A stretch of 64,000 nucleotides of DNA from a candidate division WOR-1 bacterium RIFOXYB2_FULL_37_13 (GCA_001771535.1 MEUB01000036.1:842-64841); one strand, 5' to 3'. Positions 47,109 to 55,680 are shown, counted from the stretch's first letter. Program-made: numbers and translations. The notes: generated by a model from the sequence alone, not told the origin.

Positions 47109-49388
47109 TTACTTGTTTTTCTTTTTCTGGCCGCCCTTACGTTCTTCCATCCGTTTTCGCTGCACTTTAGAACTTGACTCCTTATTTCCCATTTTTTGTA
47201 ATTCTTCTCTTCGTTTTTGGGCTTTGGCCGCGGATTGAGCAATTCCGGCCCTGATCTCGGCATCCTTTTTTTGTTCTTGACCTTTATCAATGGCTTCCTG
47301 ATATCTCAACTCCATTTTTCTCTCATGGTAGGCTGCCATATCTTTTTTATAATCCAGGCGGTCTCTCCTATTGCGGACATTGTTAGCAATTGTTCTGCCG
47401 ACATCCTTGTCACCAAATCTTAAAAGCCCCATAACATCGTAAACCGCCCAGTTATTCATATTAACAGCTTCATTGCCATTTTCATCATAAGCAATTCCTG
47501 ACCTATTTCCTGAAAGATTTATTCCCATAAGCTGTGAAGGAAAATATTTTGGATGAGGCCCTCCGGAATCACTGGCTATTTTATTGTTGTTTGGGCCATC
47601 TTTAATCGTTGACGATGTTTCACTATCAGGATTCCAGATACTGCCTTTAGCGCTGTAAAAATCCCACCCCGCACGTTTTCCCAGTTCGTTGTCATCATTT
47701 TTCGTTCTTATGTAAGGCTGAGAATCATAAACACTACCATAACTATCGGTATTAGGGTTTGGATTGTCTATTCCAAAATATTCATACATCAGATTTTGAA
47801 CGTCACCTTGATATTCATCTATTCCGTAATAATCGTCATCATCTACTCCTTGATAATTTTCATCTTTCGCAAGCGACCCAAGATAATTTTTATATGTTTG
47901 CGTATTATTATATAGCCAGTCGTTAAATCTTATAAACGCCAGCTGATCTTTACCCGAAAAGAGCCATCCCGGAAGTCCTCCGCTTTTATCGGTCGGCTTA
48001 AAAAGAAATTCCGAGGGATTAAATCCATACGCGGGAAAAACTGATCTGAAAGAATGCTGCATAGAAATAAAAAGGTTAAGAAAAGCAAGATTATGCGAAT
48101 CTGCCATAAGCCCTCGCATAGGATCAGAACGCCATTTATCAAAAGAGCCGCGCAACGCGGCATCATCTGGAGTTGCTGTTACTGTTACCGTCCCATCGCT
48201 ATTGGTAACATATGTCAAACGGCCTATATCGCTATTGCTCCCAAAGATCTCTGTCATGGCGCTATAAATTCTACGGCGTGATTCGAGCATTCCAAGCATC
48301 AGCTTAAATGCCCCTTCCCCATGATCTCCAGCTTGCAGGTCATAATCAAATAGGCCGCTATTAAAAGAATCGCGTCCTGTGGTAAATGTTTCGCCATCTC
48401 CGCTTTTCCAGTTATTATTGTTATTCCAGTCACTGTCTCCCTTCCATCTTATGTTTTCCCCATCGGTAACCCCATCGCTCCCTGCCTCAATTTTTGCCCC
48501 TTTTTTAAATCCCGACATTATAATTTCATAGTAACTTTCGTCTCCATAATCTTCAAGATTTTTTAAAATACCGTCAGATAATGCTTTAATCGGAGTTCCT
48601 TTTTTTTCTTTATCTTCTTTATTGTAAAAATTGAGCCCTTCATCCCAAATATCAGAATAGGTTTCTGGATTAAAAATTCCCAGTGATAATGGGTTTAAAA
48701 AATGAAATAAATTATCGTAATTTATAGGGCCATTAAGAGATGAGCCCTGATACGTCTCAATAAGATCATGAGCTTTTTTTTCAATTCCATAATGTTTCTT
48801 GTCATTTTGATTAACATCGAAGTGGTTGAATTGGGATACTGACGGATGAAAATCTAGGTTTTCCGCCCTACTCCCTTCAAAAAATCCCCAAGGCAACCCA
48901 TCCCCCTGAGTTCTTGGAACTCTATGCCATGAGCCAAAGTTATCTCTTGTATATCCACGCCCTGCATCGCTATCCCAGACATCGTTAAAACGGGTATGCA
49001 CAGGATTTCCATCTTCATCCAACAGATAATACGGATTTTTATCGTCAGTCCCGTTCCATTGCGGAATATCCTCAGGATCTCCTTCCCATAAAGTCGGAAG
49101 TGGATCGTTGCCCTCCCAAAATGAAGAGCCTTCCGCATATCCGAATTCCGTCAAAGCATCGTAAAACTCTTCTGATGATTCTCCCGCGTAACCTACCTGT
49201 TCAAATCTTGGCAGAAATTTCATCATCTCCATAAGAAAATTAACGCGGCTGCCCAGCCATTGGAAAGAAGAGGGAGTTTCAACCCCATCATGGAGATAAA
49301 ATCTGGAATAATCAGGATTGTCTACTTTCAACGGCTTACGAGGTTTTGGCAGTGTCTCACTATTTCCAAAGGAGTTCATAAAAAACAT
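47109..49388 (-). CDS. Cluster ORFan, 759 aa, acidic W/Y/D/N/G-rich body with an about 90-aa K/R-rich C-terminal tail
   Basis: AGGAGG RBS. No signal peptide or TM helix. The tail ends ...KAQKRREELQKMGNKESSSKVQRKRMEERKGGQKKKNK. Confidence 0.65.
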   Translation of the reverse strand: MFFMNSFGNSETLPKPRKPLKVDNPDYSRFYLHDGVETPSSFQWLGSRVNFLMEMMKFLPRFEQVGYAGESSEEFYDALTEFGYAEGSSFWEGNDPLPTLWEGDPEDIPQWNGTDDKNPYYLLDEDGNPVHTRFNDVWDSDAGRGYTRDNFGSWHRVPRTQGDGLPWGFFEGSRAENLDFHPSVSQFNHFDVNQNDKKHYGIEKKAHDLIETYQGSSLNGPINYDNLFHFLNPLSLGIFNPETYSDIWDEGLNFYNKEDKEKKGTPIKALSDGILKNLEDYGDESYYEIIMSGFKKGAKIEAGSDGVTDGENIRWKGDSDWNNNNNWKSGDGETFTTGRDSFNSGLFDYDLQAGDHGEGAFKLMLGMLESRRRIYSAMTEIFGSNSDIGRLTYVTNSDGTVTVTATPDDAALRGSFDKWRSDPMRGLMADSHNLAFLNLFISMQHSFRSVFPAYGFNPSEFLFKPTDKSGGLPGWLFSGKDQLAFIRFNDWLYNNTQTYKNYLGSLAKDENYQGVDDDDYYGIDEYQGDVQNLMYEYFGIDNPNPNTDSYGSVYDSQPYIRTKNDDNELGKRAGWDFYSAKGSIWNPDSETSSTIKDGPNNNKIASDSGGPHPKYFPSQLMGINLSGNRSGIAYDENGNEAVNMNNWAVYDVMGLLRFGDKDVGRTIANNVRNRRDRLDYKKDMAAYHERKMELRYQEAIDKGQEQKKDAEIRAGIAQSAAKAQKRREELQKMGNKESSSKVQRKRMEERKGGQKKKNK

Positions 49389-49411
49389 AATCTGCCTTCC
49401 TCCTGATTTTT

Positions 49412-49735
49412 CTACATTGAACTTAAGCGATCTTCAAGTTTGCGCACATTATTCCAAATATCCAAAATCGCGGATTGCGCCTGATCTATTTTTGCCATGC
49501 GATCTTCAAGCAGCAATGATGTTGAAGAAGAATTTACATTTGCTCCGTTTACATAATTATTTCCTATTTTCAAAGTTTTAGTAGGATCCGGATTCACTGA
49601 TAATTCCGCGTAATTTTTTATAAGATCAGCCATTTCAGTATAAAAACTTTTAACAGTTTTTATAACGTCCACATCAGGTGAATGATTGATCTCCCCTCCC
49701 AACGGTGAAAAAAATTTAACATTAAAAAATGCCAT
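49412..49735 (-). CDS. Cluster ORFan, 107 aa, helix-loop-helix-like
   Basis: AAGGAGG RBS. Predicted N- and C-terminal helices flank an N/S-rich loop (VNPDPTKT...NVNSSSTS). Confidence 0.55.
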   Translation of the reverse strand: MAFFNVKFFSPLGGEINHSPDVDVIKTVKSFYTEMADLIKNYAELSVNPDPTKTLKIGNNYVNGANVNSSSTSLLLEDRMAKIDQAQSAILDIWNNVRKLEDRLSSM

Positions 49736-49758
49736 TTTTTTATTCCTCCTTTTATATC

Positions 49759-49817
49759 CTCTTCTAAAAAATCAATTATCTGTTTTTTTAGAAGAGCCCC
49801 CCGGCAAGCCGGGGGGC
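49759..49817 (-). other. Twin stem-loop element between the 102-aa and 107-aa genes
   Basis: 9-bp GC-only stem GCCCCCCGG-caag-CCGGGGGGC (49796-49817) plus a 13-bp arm pair CTCTTCTAAAAAA / TTTTTTAGAAGAG (49759-49771 and 49784-49796). No 3-prime U-tract on either strand. Confidence 0.7.
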
Positions 49818-49836
49818 TAGAAAAAAGTTTATAATA

Positions 49837-50145
49837 TTAGCTTCTAACAATTTGACGGGTCCTTTCCGCCATTTGATTCTTCTTGGATACAGCGCTTGCA
49901 GCTGTCTGCTCAATTGTCGATAGTTTACTAAGATAACTATCTAAAACAAGAGCCCCTCCACCACTTGATACGTCTATGTCTGTCCCTCCAACATTCACAT
50001 TTATTGTTGTGTCTTCAATCGTATCATTCTCCCCATCAACTGCAATAGCACTTTTGATATCTTCCATCAGTTGATCTATGCTATTATCACAAGAACTTGC
50101 CACATCATAAGCATTCTGTTCAATCGTATTAGGAGTATCTGCCAT
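49837..50145 (-). CDS. Cluster ORFan, 102 aa, acidic
   Basis: AGGAGGTG RBS. Helical N- and C-termini flank a G/D/T-rich middle (NVNVGGTDIDVSSGGGAL). Confidence 0.55.
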   Translation of the reverse strand: MADTPNTIEQNAYDVASSCDNSIDQLMEDIKSAIAVDGENDTIEDTTINVNVGGTDIDVSSGGGALVLDSYLSKLSTIEQTAASAVSKKNQMAERTRQIVRS

Positions 50146-50186
50146 ATATTCTCACCTCCTTTTACACACATATAGTCTTAAACCGT

Positions 50187-50444
50187 CTACACCAATGTAT
50201 TAACATTAAAGCCCCGCATACCAAGTTTATCTGCTATCGCGTGAAATCTGTTAACTGAGATATGTCCTTCCTGTACAAGGTTTTGCATAATTTCAAACTT
50301 ACCAGCCTTGCTGGTAGAAGAATCTTTGGCCAGATAGGAGGAAAGATCGGAAGTCACGCTTGAATTGGAATAAGTAGACCCGCCGGATTCTTCCATATCC
50401 ATCTGCGGCATAGTTACTGTTGAATTTGAAGCTGGGTTTATCAT
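50187..50444 (-). CDS. Possible FlgM-like anti-sigma-28 factor (85 aa)
   Basis: S/T-rich, probably disordered N-half. C-terminal KFEIMQNLVQEGHISVNRFHAIADKL parallels the FlgM C-terminal pattern (kVaalKaaIasGtYkvDaekIAdkL; compare B. subtilis [26 protein letters not shown]). Sits directly behind sigma-28-like promoter P3. Confidence 0.35.
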   Translation of the reverse strand: MINPASNSTVTMPQMDMEESGGSTYSNSSVTSDLSSYLAKDSSTSKAGKFEIMQNLVQEGHISVNRFHAIADKLGMRGFNVNTLV

Positions 50445-50454
50445 TGCATTACAT

Positions 50455-50482
50455 ATATCGTAGCGGGGTAAAAAAAACTTGC
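50455..50482 (-). promoter_or_regulatory. Sigma-28-like promoter P3
   Basis: Minus strand GCAAGTTT-TTTTTACCCCGC-TACGATAT. Only 10 nt lie between the -10 element and ATG 50444, with no SD (leaderless geometry). Confidence 0.55.
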
Positions 50483-50491
50483 ATGAAAAAA

Positions 50492-50785
50492 TTATTTGTA
50501 GGATTTATCATTTAAAATATTTTTTATTTTTGAAAGGCGCTTAAAAATATTTTTAAGACACTCTTCTTCTTCGTCTATTTTCGGCTCTTTTTCCCAATCA
50601 GCCTTTAATCTAGCCTTGCTCATGTCTGACGCGTAAATTTCGTTGCCGCGAACAACTTTATCGGCGCGCAAAATAAATCCGCGCAGACTTTGCAGAAAAT
50701 TTTGTCCGTTTATTTCCTGCGGCTGGCTTTGTTTTGTTTTTATATCATTTAAATTAAGTGCTGCGTTTATTTTATTTACTTCCAT
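50492..50785 (-). CDS. Cluster ORFan, 97 aa
   Basis: Start ATG overlaps the stop of the 1523-aa gene (TAATG), suggesting translational coupling. Confidence 0.55.
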   Translation of the reverse strand: MEVNKINAALNLNDIKTKQSQPQEINGQNFLQSLRGFILRADKVVRGNEIYASDMSKARLKADWEKEPKIDEEEECLKNIFKRLSKIKNILNDKSYK

Positions 50786-53700
50786 TATACTAGCCCTCCT
50801 CCGATTGTAGGCCTGTTTTTCTGCTCTAAAGATGAAAGAGCCGCCATTTCTCCTGTTTGCGCTAAATAGAGCTCATAAGGATTCTGCCTTCTTCTGTTGT
50901 TGTCCTGGCCTTTAGATGGAGATGGCGCTGAGTTTACAGATATCCCAGCATCTTGTGAGCCGCTTAAATCAACAGGGATTACTATTTTGTCTTTGTCATC
51001 ATCCCTCGCAACTTTAAGATGAATATCCCTTTGTTTGACAGAGTCCTTGATATAATCAGCCGAGCTTTTGGAGGTATCCCAAATATTGTTTAATATATCA
51101 TCATTTTGTTGAGAGGTAATCTCGCGAGCCTCCATTTCAAGATCAATAGCGCCGGATGTGAGCGCGCTTGCGAGAGAATTGCTTTCTGACTTATTAACTC
51201 CCGCGGCCCATCCCTTTTGGTTTGAGCCTGAAGTTTCTGATCTGATTTCAGATAAATAGGCCTCTCTTCTTTCTATCCTCTCTTCTCTTGCCTCTTTAAC
51301 ACTCTTGCGCTTTCCACCGCTTGCGAACCCTGAATCATAAATAATACCAGCCAGTAAAACCGCTATATTCTCCGTTAACCCTCCTATAAACTGGTATAGT
51401 CCTAAGTCCTCGTACTGCTTAATATGTTCATTATACGCAAACATTTTTTTATCATTTTCGGACTTAATGTTTTCTATATCAGCATTAATTTTTCTATACT
51501 CATTAGCAAGTTTTTTATATGAAGACTCATCCCCTCTCGAATAAGCCTCATCCGCGAATTTCCTTTTTTCTTCCGCCAAAATTTTCTTGTCTCGCGCGAC
51601 TTTTTCAGCTGTTTTCATGTTTTCTATATTCTCCCGATAGTCCTCTCTAAGCGCCGCTGTTTTATATACAAAAACCAGATTAACCAAAGAGATTGACGCG
51701 GCAATCAAGCTCTGTACCATTGCCCGCTTTGCAAAATTCATCTGGTTATGGCGCTCAACAATTGTCAAGACATTCTGATAAAGGGTACCTATATTTGCCA
51801 TAGCAGAAGCCTGTTCCGATGAAAAAGCGTCTGTCGCGTTTCCAACTCGCCCTCCCGCACCAGATAAAGTAGCGTGAATTGAGGCTCTCATTTCTGCCTT
51901 TGCTTCCTGCAATTTTGCCAACACGTCACGAATATTAAAAATCCTCTCCATTTTATGACGAAATAATTCTACTACTCCGCTATTTACACCCCATCTGCCC
52001 GCCCCCAAATCTTCTATAATATCCATTGACATATCTTTGTATAATTCCATTTCCATCAATTCAAGATCATCAAGTGTCGAATCTCCAGAATGTTCTTCTT
52101 TTAATCTTTCGGCAATTTTTTCAGGGTCGTATTTTTCTATTTCACGCCCTCGCCTGCTGCGGATTGAATTGATGATAAAATCATAACCGGCATTAGCAAT
52201 CCCCATCATAGGAGAAATAAAGGCAAAAGCTATTTGCGAGTAATTTATCCCAACACCGGCGCAAGCGGTAAGAATCGCAATATCAATTCCCAGTTTAAAT
52301 GAAGCATCAATTATATTTTTTCTTGAATCTAAGGCTCTCTTTTGAGTTTCAATTCTTTCTCCCAAGAACTGCACTAAATTATCAAAAACTTTCAGCTTCC
52401 CTTCAAATTCAGCTCTGTTAACATCGTGAGAAAGCTTCCCTTCTCTTCTTCCGGAAACGCCTGTCATTTCGAGATGGACAAGATTTCTCATTTCTGTTCT
52501 TGCTTCATTTAGAGTCGCCAAAATATTTTGGATGTTGGCAAGGCGGGTTAAAATATCTCTAAGCTTGGCAACATATCCTCCATTTAAACCCCAATATCCG
52601 TCACCAATATCTTTATTTATCCCGTTGGTAAATAACTCTTCATAAACTCGCGCTTCAAGGCTTGCCATACGGGCTTGCGTTGAATTCGGGTTATTTTTTC
52701 TAAGGGTTCTTAGATAGGCGGGAACGCCATCATCCCCATAACTTGAGCCAAAAGAGCCCATCGTCAATTCATATAACAGACTGGAAGTAAATCCGCCTAA
52801 AGCGCCACCGACCCCCCAGCCTATATAAAAAAGTCTTGTTGAAAGACTTGCCGTAGCTTCTGTAGCAGCCCTTGTCCCAGCTTCCAAACCTTCTTCAGCA
52901 AGTTTGCCGCCTTTATCTAAAAGTTTCCCTAATAACCCTCCAAAGGCAGCGCAGACCCCTTGAATAACAAGCGAAAGAGCAAAACTGTTTACGGCGCCTG
53001 CCATTTTTTTATCTTTTGCAATCGCCATATTTTCGGCGTTTTTATATTCATTTAACATAAAAGTCAAAGTATCAAATTTAAACTGAGCTAAGCGCGCATC
53101 AGATTCAACCGCGGCATCAACATAGGCAGAAGATTCCCTACCTCCAACTCCTGTCATTTCCATATGAACCAGATTTCGCATGGAATTTTTTTCTTTACTT
53201 AAGGCAACAATAACTCTTCTTATATTTTGAATTTTTACCAATTGGGTTTGCAGTCTTGCTATCTCCTCAAAGTCTATTTTCTTGAATTCTTCGGATGCCC
53301 TATCTGTAAACCAGTTGCCGGGGTTTGCATTAGACTGTGTCCACCACGATCTAACCCTGCCTTCATCGCTATCCTCATCCTGAATCATACTCTCATCATT
53401 TTGAACAATAATGCCATCTTCCATATTGGAAGTACTATTCATAATATCAAGCATGTCGTTTCCTGTATCTGTATCAGCTTGATCTCCCGTATCGTATGAA
53501 GGAATATCCGGCACATATCCCTCTGTCATAGAATTTGCGACAATTGCGCCTGCCAGTTTTACTCCCGCAGCCAATACGCCAAGTATCAAGCCCGCAACAG
53601 GAACAAAAAATCCGACTACTATCGCAGCTACAGAAAGAAAATTCGAAATAACATTAAAAACCCGCTGTACTTTGGCTTTTTCTATTTCTCCTTCCAGATA

Positions 53701-55356
53701 TTTGACATTGTTTTCAAGCTGCATCTTTTGCTGAGTAAGCCTGATATTTGTCTCAAAAAGTTGAGTTTTATGCTGGTCTTCCATTTCTTGAAGTCTTTGC
53801 GCGTTACTGTTGCTCTCTCTGCCTCCGACCCCTGTCATCTCTTTGTGAACCATGTTGCGCGTTTCCTGTTTCGCGCCTCTTAACATGTTTAACGCTTTTC
53901 TTATATTTTGCAAACCATAAAATTGTTTGCGTATTTTAACAAGTTCATCTTCATCAAGTTCCCAATAACCATTATCCCCTTTATAGACAATATTCGGGAT
54001 ATCAGCAAAGATAGCCATTTCTCCATTTTGCAACGCCTCATCAATTTTTGCGGGGTCACTTTCTATCTGCAAAGAGCCATCTTCCTCTTTATCAGTCGTT
54101 TTATTTAACAAGTCAAGAACTGTACTCATCGCTCTTAAATATTTTTCAACAGCTCTTTTTTGCATTTCAAGACTCATTTCCGTGTTGCTGCCGCCGGTTA
54201 TGGCATCTGTTGCCTGATTCCAGAGGCCATCCGTTGTTGCCTGCGCCGCGGCGACCTCCGCATCAACAATGGCCTGGTTATAATCCATCATCTCTTCAAG
54301 AAGTTTGCCAAACGCCACGCTGACTCTTGCCAGCCTGTTTTGTACTTCTTTGGCAATAATTGTTTTGGTATCCATTCCTTTCATGGGAGTAAGGCCAAGC
54401 AGCTCTTCCACCACAAGATTATACATATCATCTTTCGCTTCCGTCAGCATTTGGAACATAATAAGCAGCCCGCAAAGAAAGCTGACTTTTTCATACCAAT
54501 CAGCCAAACGATCCGTATCAACAACCATCATTCCATCATCGTTGTAATAATAAAAATCATCAGGATCATAATTATTTACCGCGTTATCCAGCTCGTTGCT
54601 GACAGCAACCACAGTCTCCGCTGTTGAACTATTTTCATCTAAGGCCGCAAGATACGAATATTCATAAACATAAGAGGTATCCCCATTTTCATATTGTTGC
54701 TGATGCAGCCATTGGTCAAAATTATATTGGGCGGAATGCTGAGTATTGGCATCCCATGATTCTTCAAATGTTTCGATCTCTTTGCCGTCCTGATAAACCA
54801 GTATTGCATCTTCTTCTCTAGTTGAGGCAGAGGTATCTTTTCTATAGTGGGAATTTACAACCATATAACCGTCATATTTTTTTGATTCTTCTTCCAGATA
54901 AGCCTGCGCCGCTTCTTCACTGTCAAACGTAACTGTAGTTCCATCAGGGTTTGTAATTGTTACCGTAGTCTCTCCTGTAGTATCCACATAAGTAGTCATA
55001 TCATATTCAGCTGAAACATCGGTACTGGCAGATTGGCTCTCAGTTGTAGAAGTTGACGAAGTTGTTGATGTCGTTGATGCAGTTGAAGCAGTCTCCGCAG
55101 ACTGAGAAGATGAAATATAATTAGGGTTATCTTCCGCAAGATTTAAAACTGGCTCACCAAAAACAACCTGACTTTGCGCACTGTTCAAGCTTGAACGAAT
55201 TGAAGAAACATCAACAGATATAGAAGAATCAACTTCAGGCACTTCTATCTTTTCATCAAGAAGGTATGGAGGAGTTACACCCGCGCCACCAATTTGGTCA
55301 GATTCAAGCTGGTCAGAAAACTTTTGTACTTCAACAATTTGATAGAGGTTTCCCAT
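50785..55356 (-). CDS. Giant modular membrane protein (1523 aa) with four to five repeated helical-plus-hydrophobic-hairpin modules
   Basis: Repeated motif NxVHxEMTGVGGRES at 53812-53856, 53131-53175, 52441-52485 and a degenerate SIHATLSGAGGRVG at 51841-51882. Each is preceded by GYW-x-LN...NIR/Q...L..EA and followed by a coiled coil and a 40-50-aa bilobed hydrophobic segment. S/T tract at 55021-55113. Confidence 0.75.
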   Translation of the reverse strand: MGNLYQIVEVQKFSDQLESDQIGGAGVTPPYLLDEKIEVPEVDSSISVDVSSIRSSLNSAQSQVVFGEPVLNLAEDNPNYISSSQSAETASTASTTSTTSSTSTTESQSASTDVSAEYDMTTYVDTTGETTVTITNPDGTTVTFDSEEAAQAYLEEESKKYDGYMVVNSHYRKDTSASTREEDAILVYQDGKEIETFEESWDANTQHSAQYNFDQWLHQQQYENGDTSYVYEYSYLAALDENSSTAETVVAVSNELDNAVNNYDPDDFYYYNDDGMMVVDTDRLADWYEKVSFLCGLLIMFQMLTEAKDDMYNLVVEELLGLTPMKGMDTKTIIAKEVQNRLARVSVAFGKLLEEMMDYNQAIVDAEVAAAQATTDGLWNQATDAITGGSNTEMSLEMQKRAVEKYLRAMSTVLDLLNKTTDKEEDGSLQIESDPAKIDEALQNGEMAIFADIPNIVYKGDNGYWELDEDELVKIRKQFYGLQNIRKALNMLRGAKQETRNMVHKEMTGVGGRESNSNAQRLQEMEDQHKTQLFETNIRLTQQKMQLENNVKYLEGEIEKAKVQRVFNVISNFLSVAAIVVGFFVPVAGLILGVLAAGVKLAGAIVANSMTEGYVPDIPSYDTGDQADTDTGNDMLDIMNSTSNMEDGIIVQNDESMIQDEDSDEGRVRSWWTQSNANPGNWFTDRASEEFKKIDFEEIARLQTQLVKIQNIRRVIVALSKEKNSMRNLVHMEMTGVGGRESSAYVDAAVESDARLAQFKFDTLTFMLNEYKNAENMAIAKDKKMAGAVNSFALSLVIQGVCAAFGGLLGKLLDKGGKLAEEGLEAGTRAATEATASLSTRLFYIGWGVGGALGGFTSSLLYELTMGSFGSSYGDDGVPAYLRTLRKNNPNSTQARMASLEARVYEELFTNGINKDIGDGYWGLNGGYVAKLRDILTRLANIQNILATLNEARTEMRNLVHLEMTGVSGRREGKLSHDVNRAEFEGKLKVFDNLVQFLGERIETQKRALDSRKNIIDASFKLGIDIAILTACAGVGINYSQIAFAFISPMMGIANAGYDFIINSIRSRRGREIEKYDPEKIAERLKEEHSGDSTLDDLELMEMELYKDMSMDIIEDLGAGRWGVNSGVVELFRHKMERIFNIRDVLAKLQEAKAEMRASIHATLSGAGGRVGNATDAFSSEQASAMANIGTLYQNVLTIVERHNQMNFAKRAMVQSLIAASISLVNLVFVYKTAALREDYRENIENMKTAEKVARDKKILAEEKRKFADEAYSRGDESSYKKLANEYRKINADIENIKSENDKKMFAYNEHIKQYEDLGLYQFIGGLTENIAVLLAGIIYDSGFASGGKRKSVKEAREERIERREAYLSEIRSETSGSNQKGWAAGVNKSESNSLASALTSGAIDLEMEAREITSQQNDDILNNIWDTSKSSADYIKDSVKQRDIHLKVARDDDKDKIVIPVDLSGSQDAGISVNSAPSPSKGQDNNRRRQNPYELYLAQTGEMAALSSLEQKNRPTIGGGLV
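51700..54430 (-). repeat. Intragenic protein-level repeat modules (201-230 aa period) of the 1523-aa gene
   Basis: Motif spacing is 681, 690 and about 603 nt. An earlier, more degenerate module lies near 54370-54425 (DMYNLVVEELLGLTPMKGMD). Confidence 0.7.
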
Positions 55357-55364
55357 TGATCATT

Positions 55365-55392
55365 ATATCGAAACAAAAAGGGGAAAACTTGT
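55365..55392 (-). promoter_or_regulatory. Sigma-28-like promoter P2
   Basis: Minus strand ACAAGTTT-TCCCCTTTTTGT-TTCGATAT. 8 nt lie between the -10 element and ATG 55356, with no SD (leaderless geometry). Confidence 0.55.
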
Positions 55393-55439
55393 ATGGTTTT
55401 TATTGATTTACAGGGGAAAACAAAACCTGTTTTAATTAG

Positions 55440-55658
55440 TTATTTTTGCAGGTTTTTCAACTGTTCCTGCAAGGTTTTTTTCGCATTTTCAAGCTCTTTG
55501 TTGACGGAGGCAATTTTATTGTCAAGTTTTTTGATATCTTCTTCGGCTTTTTTCTTTATGAGTGTATAGCGTATAATTTGAAAAGTATTATATATTATAA
55601 AGGCGACTCCCACCCCGACAAAAAATGTCACCCAATTTATAGTTGTTAAAAATTCCAT
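55440..55658 (-). CDS. Cluster small bitopic protein (72 aa): N-terminal TM helix plus coiled coil
   Basis: INWVTFFVGVGVAFIIYNTF TM helix, then a K/E heptad region. AGGAG RBS. Confidence 0.55.
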   Translation of the reverse strand: MEFLTTINWVTFFVGVGVAFIIYNTFQIIRYTLIKKKAEEDIKKLDNKIASVNKELENAKKTLQEQLKNLQK

Positions 55659-55680
55659 TTTGTTCTCCTATTTTACTCCA

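Noticed and set aside
49796-49817. GC-rich hairpin as an intrinsic terminator
   Set aside because: The U-tract precedes rather than follows the stem on both strands, so it does not fit the canonical rho-independent terminator layout. It is reported as a structured element instead.
53227-54821. Several 63-155-aa plus-strand ORFs (for example 54160-54627)
   Set aside because: All are antisense to the 1523-aa gene, lack RBSs and have low-complexity translations; they are shadow ORFs.
50785-55356. Phage tail tape-measure protein or prophage interpretation of the 1523-aa gene
   Set aside because: Size, helicity and hydrophobic segments are superficially TMP-like. However, no capsid, portal, terminase, tail, lysis or integrase genes are nearby, and the neighbours are glycosyltransferases and ORFans under a shared host-type promoter motif.
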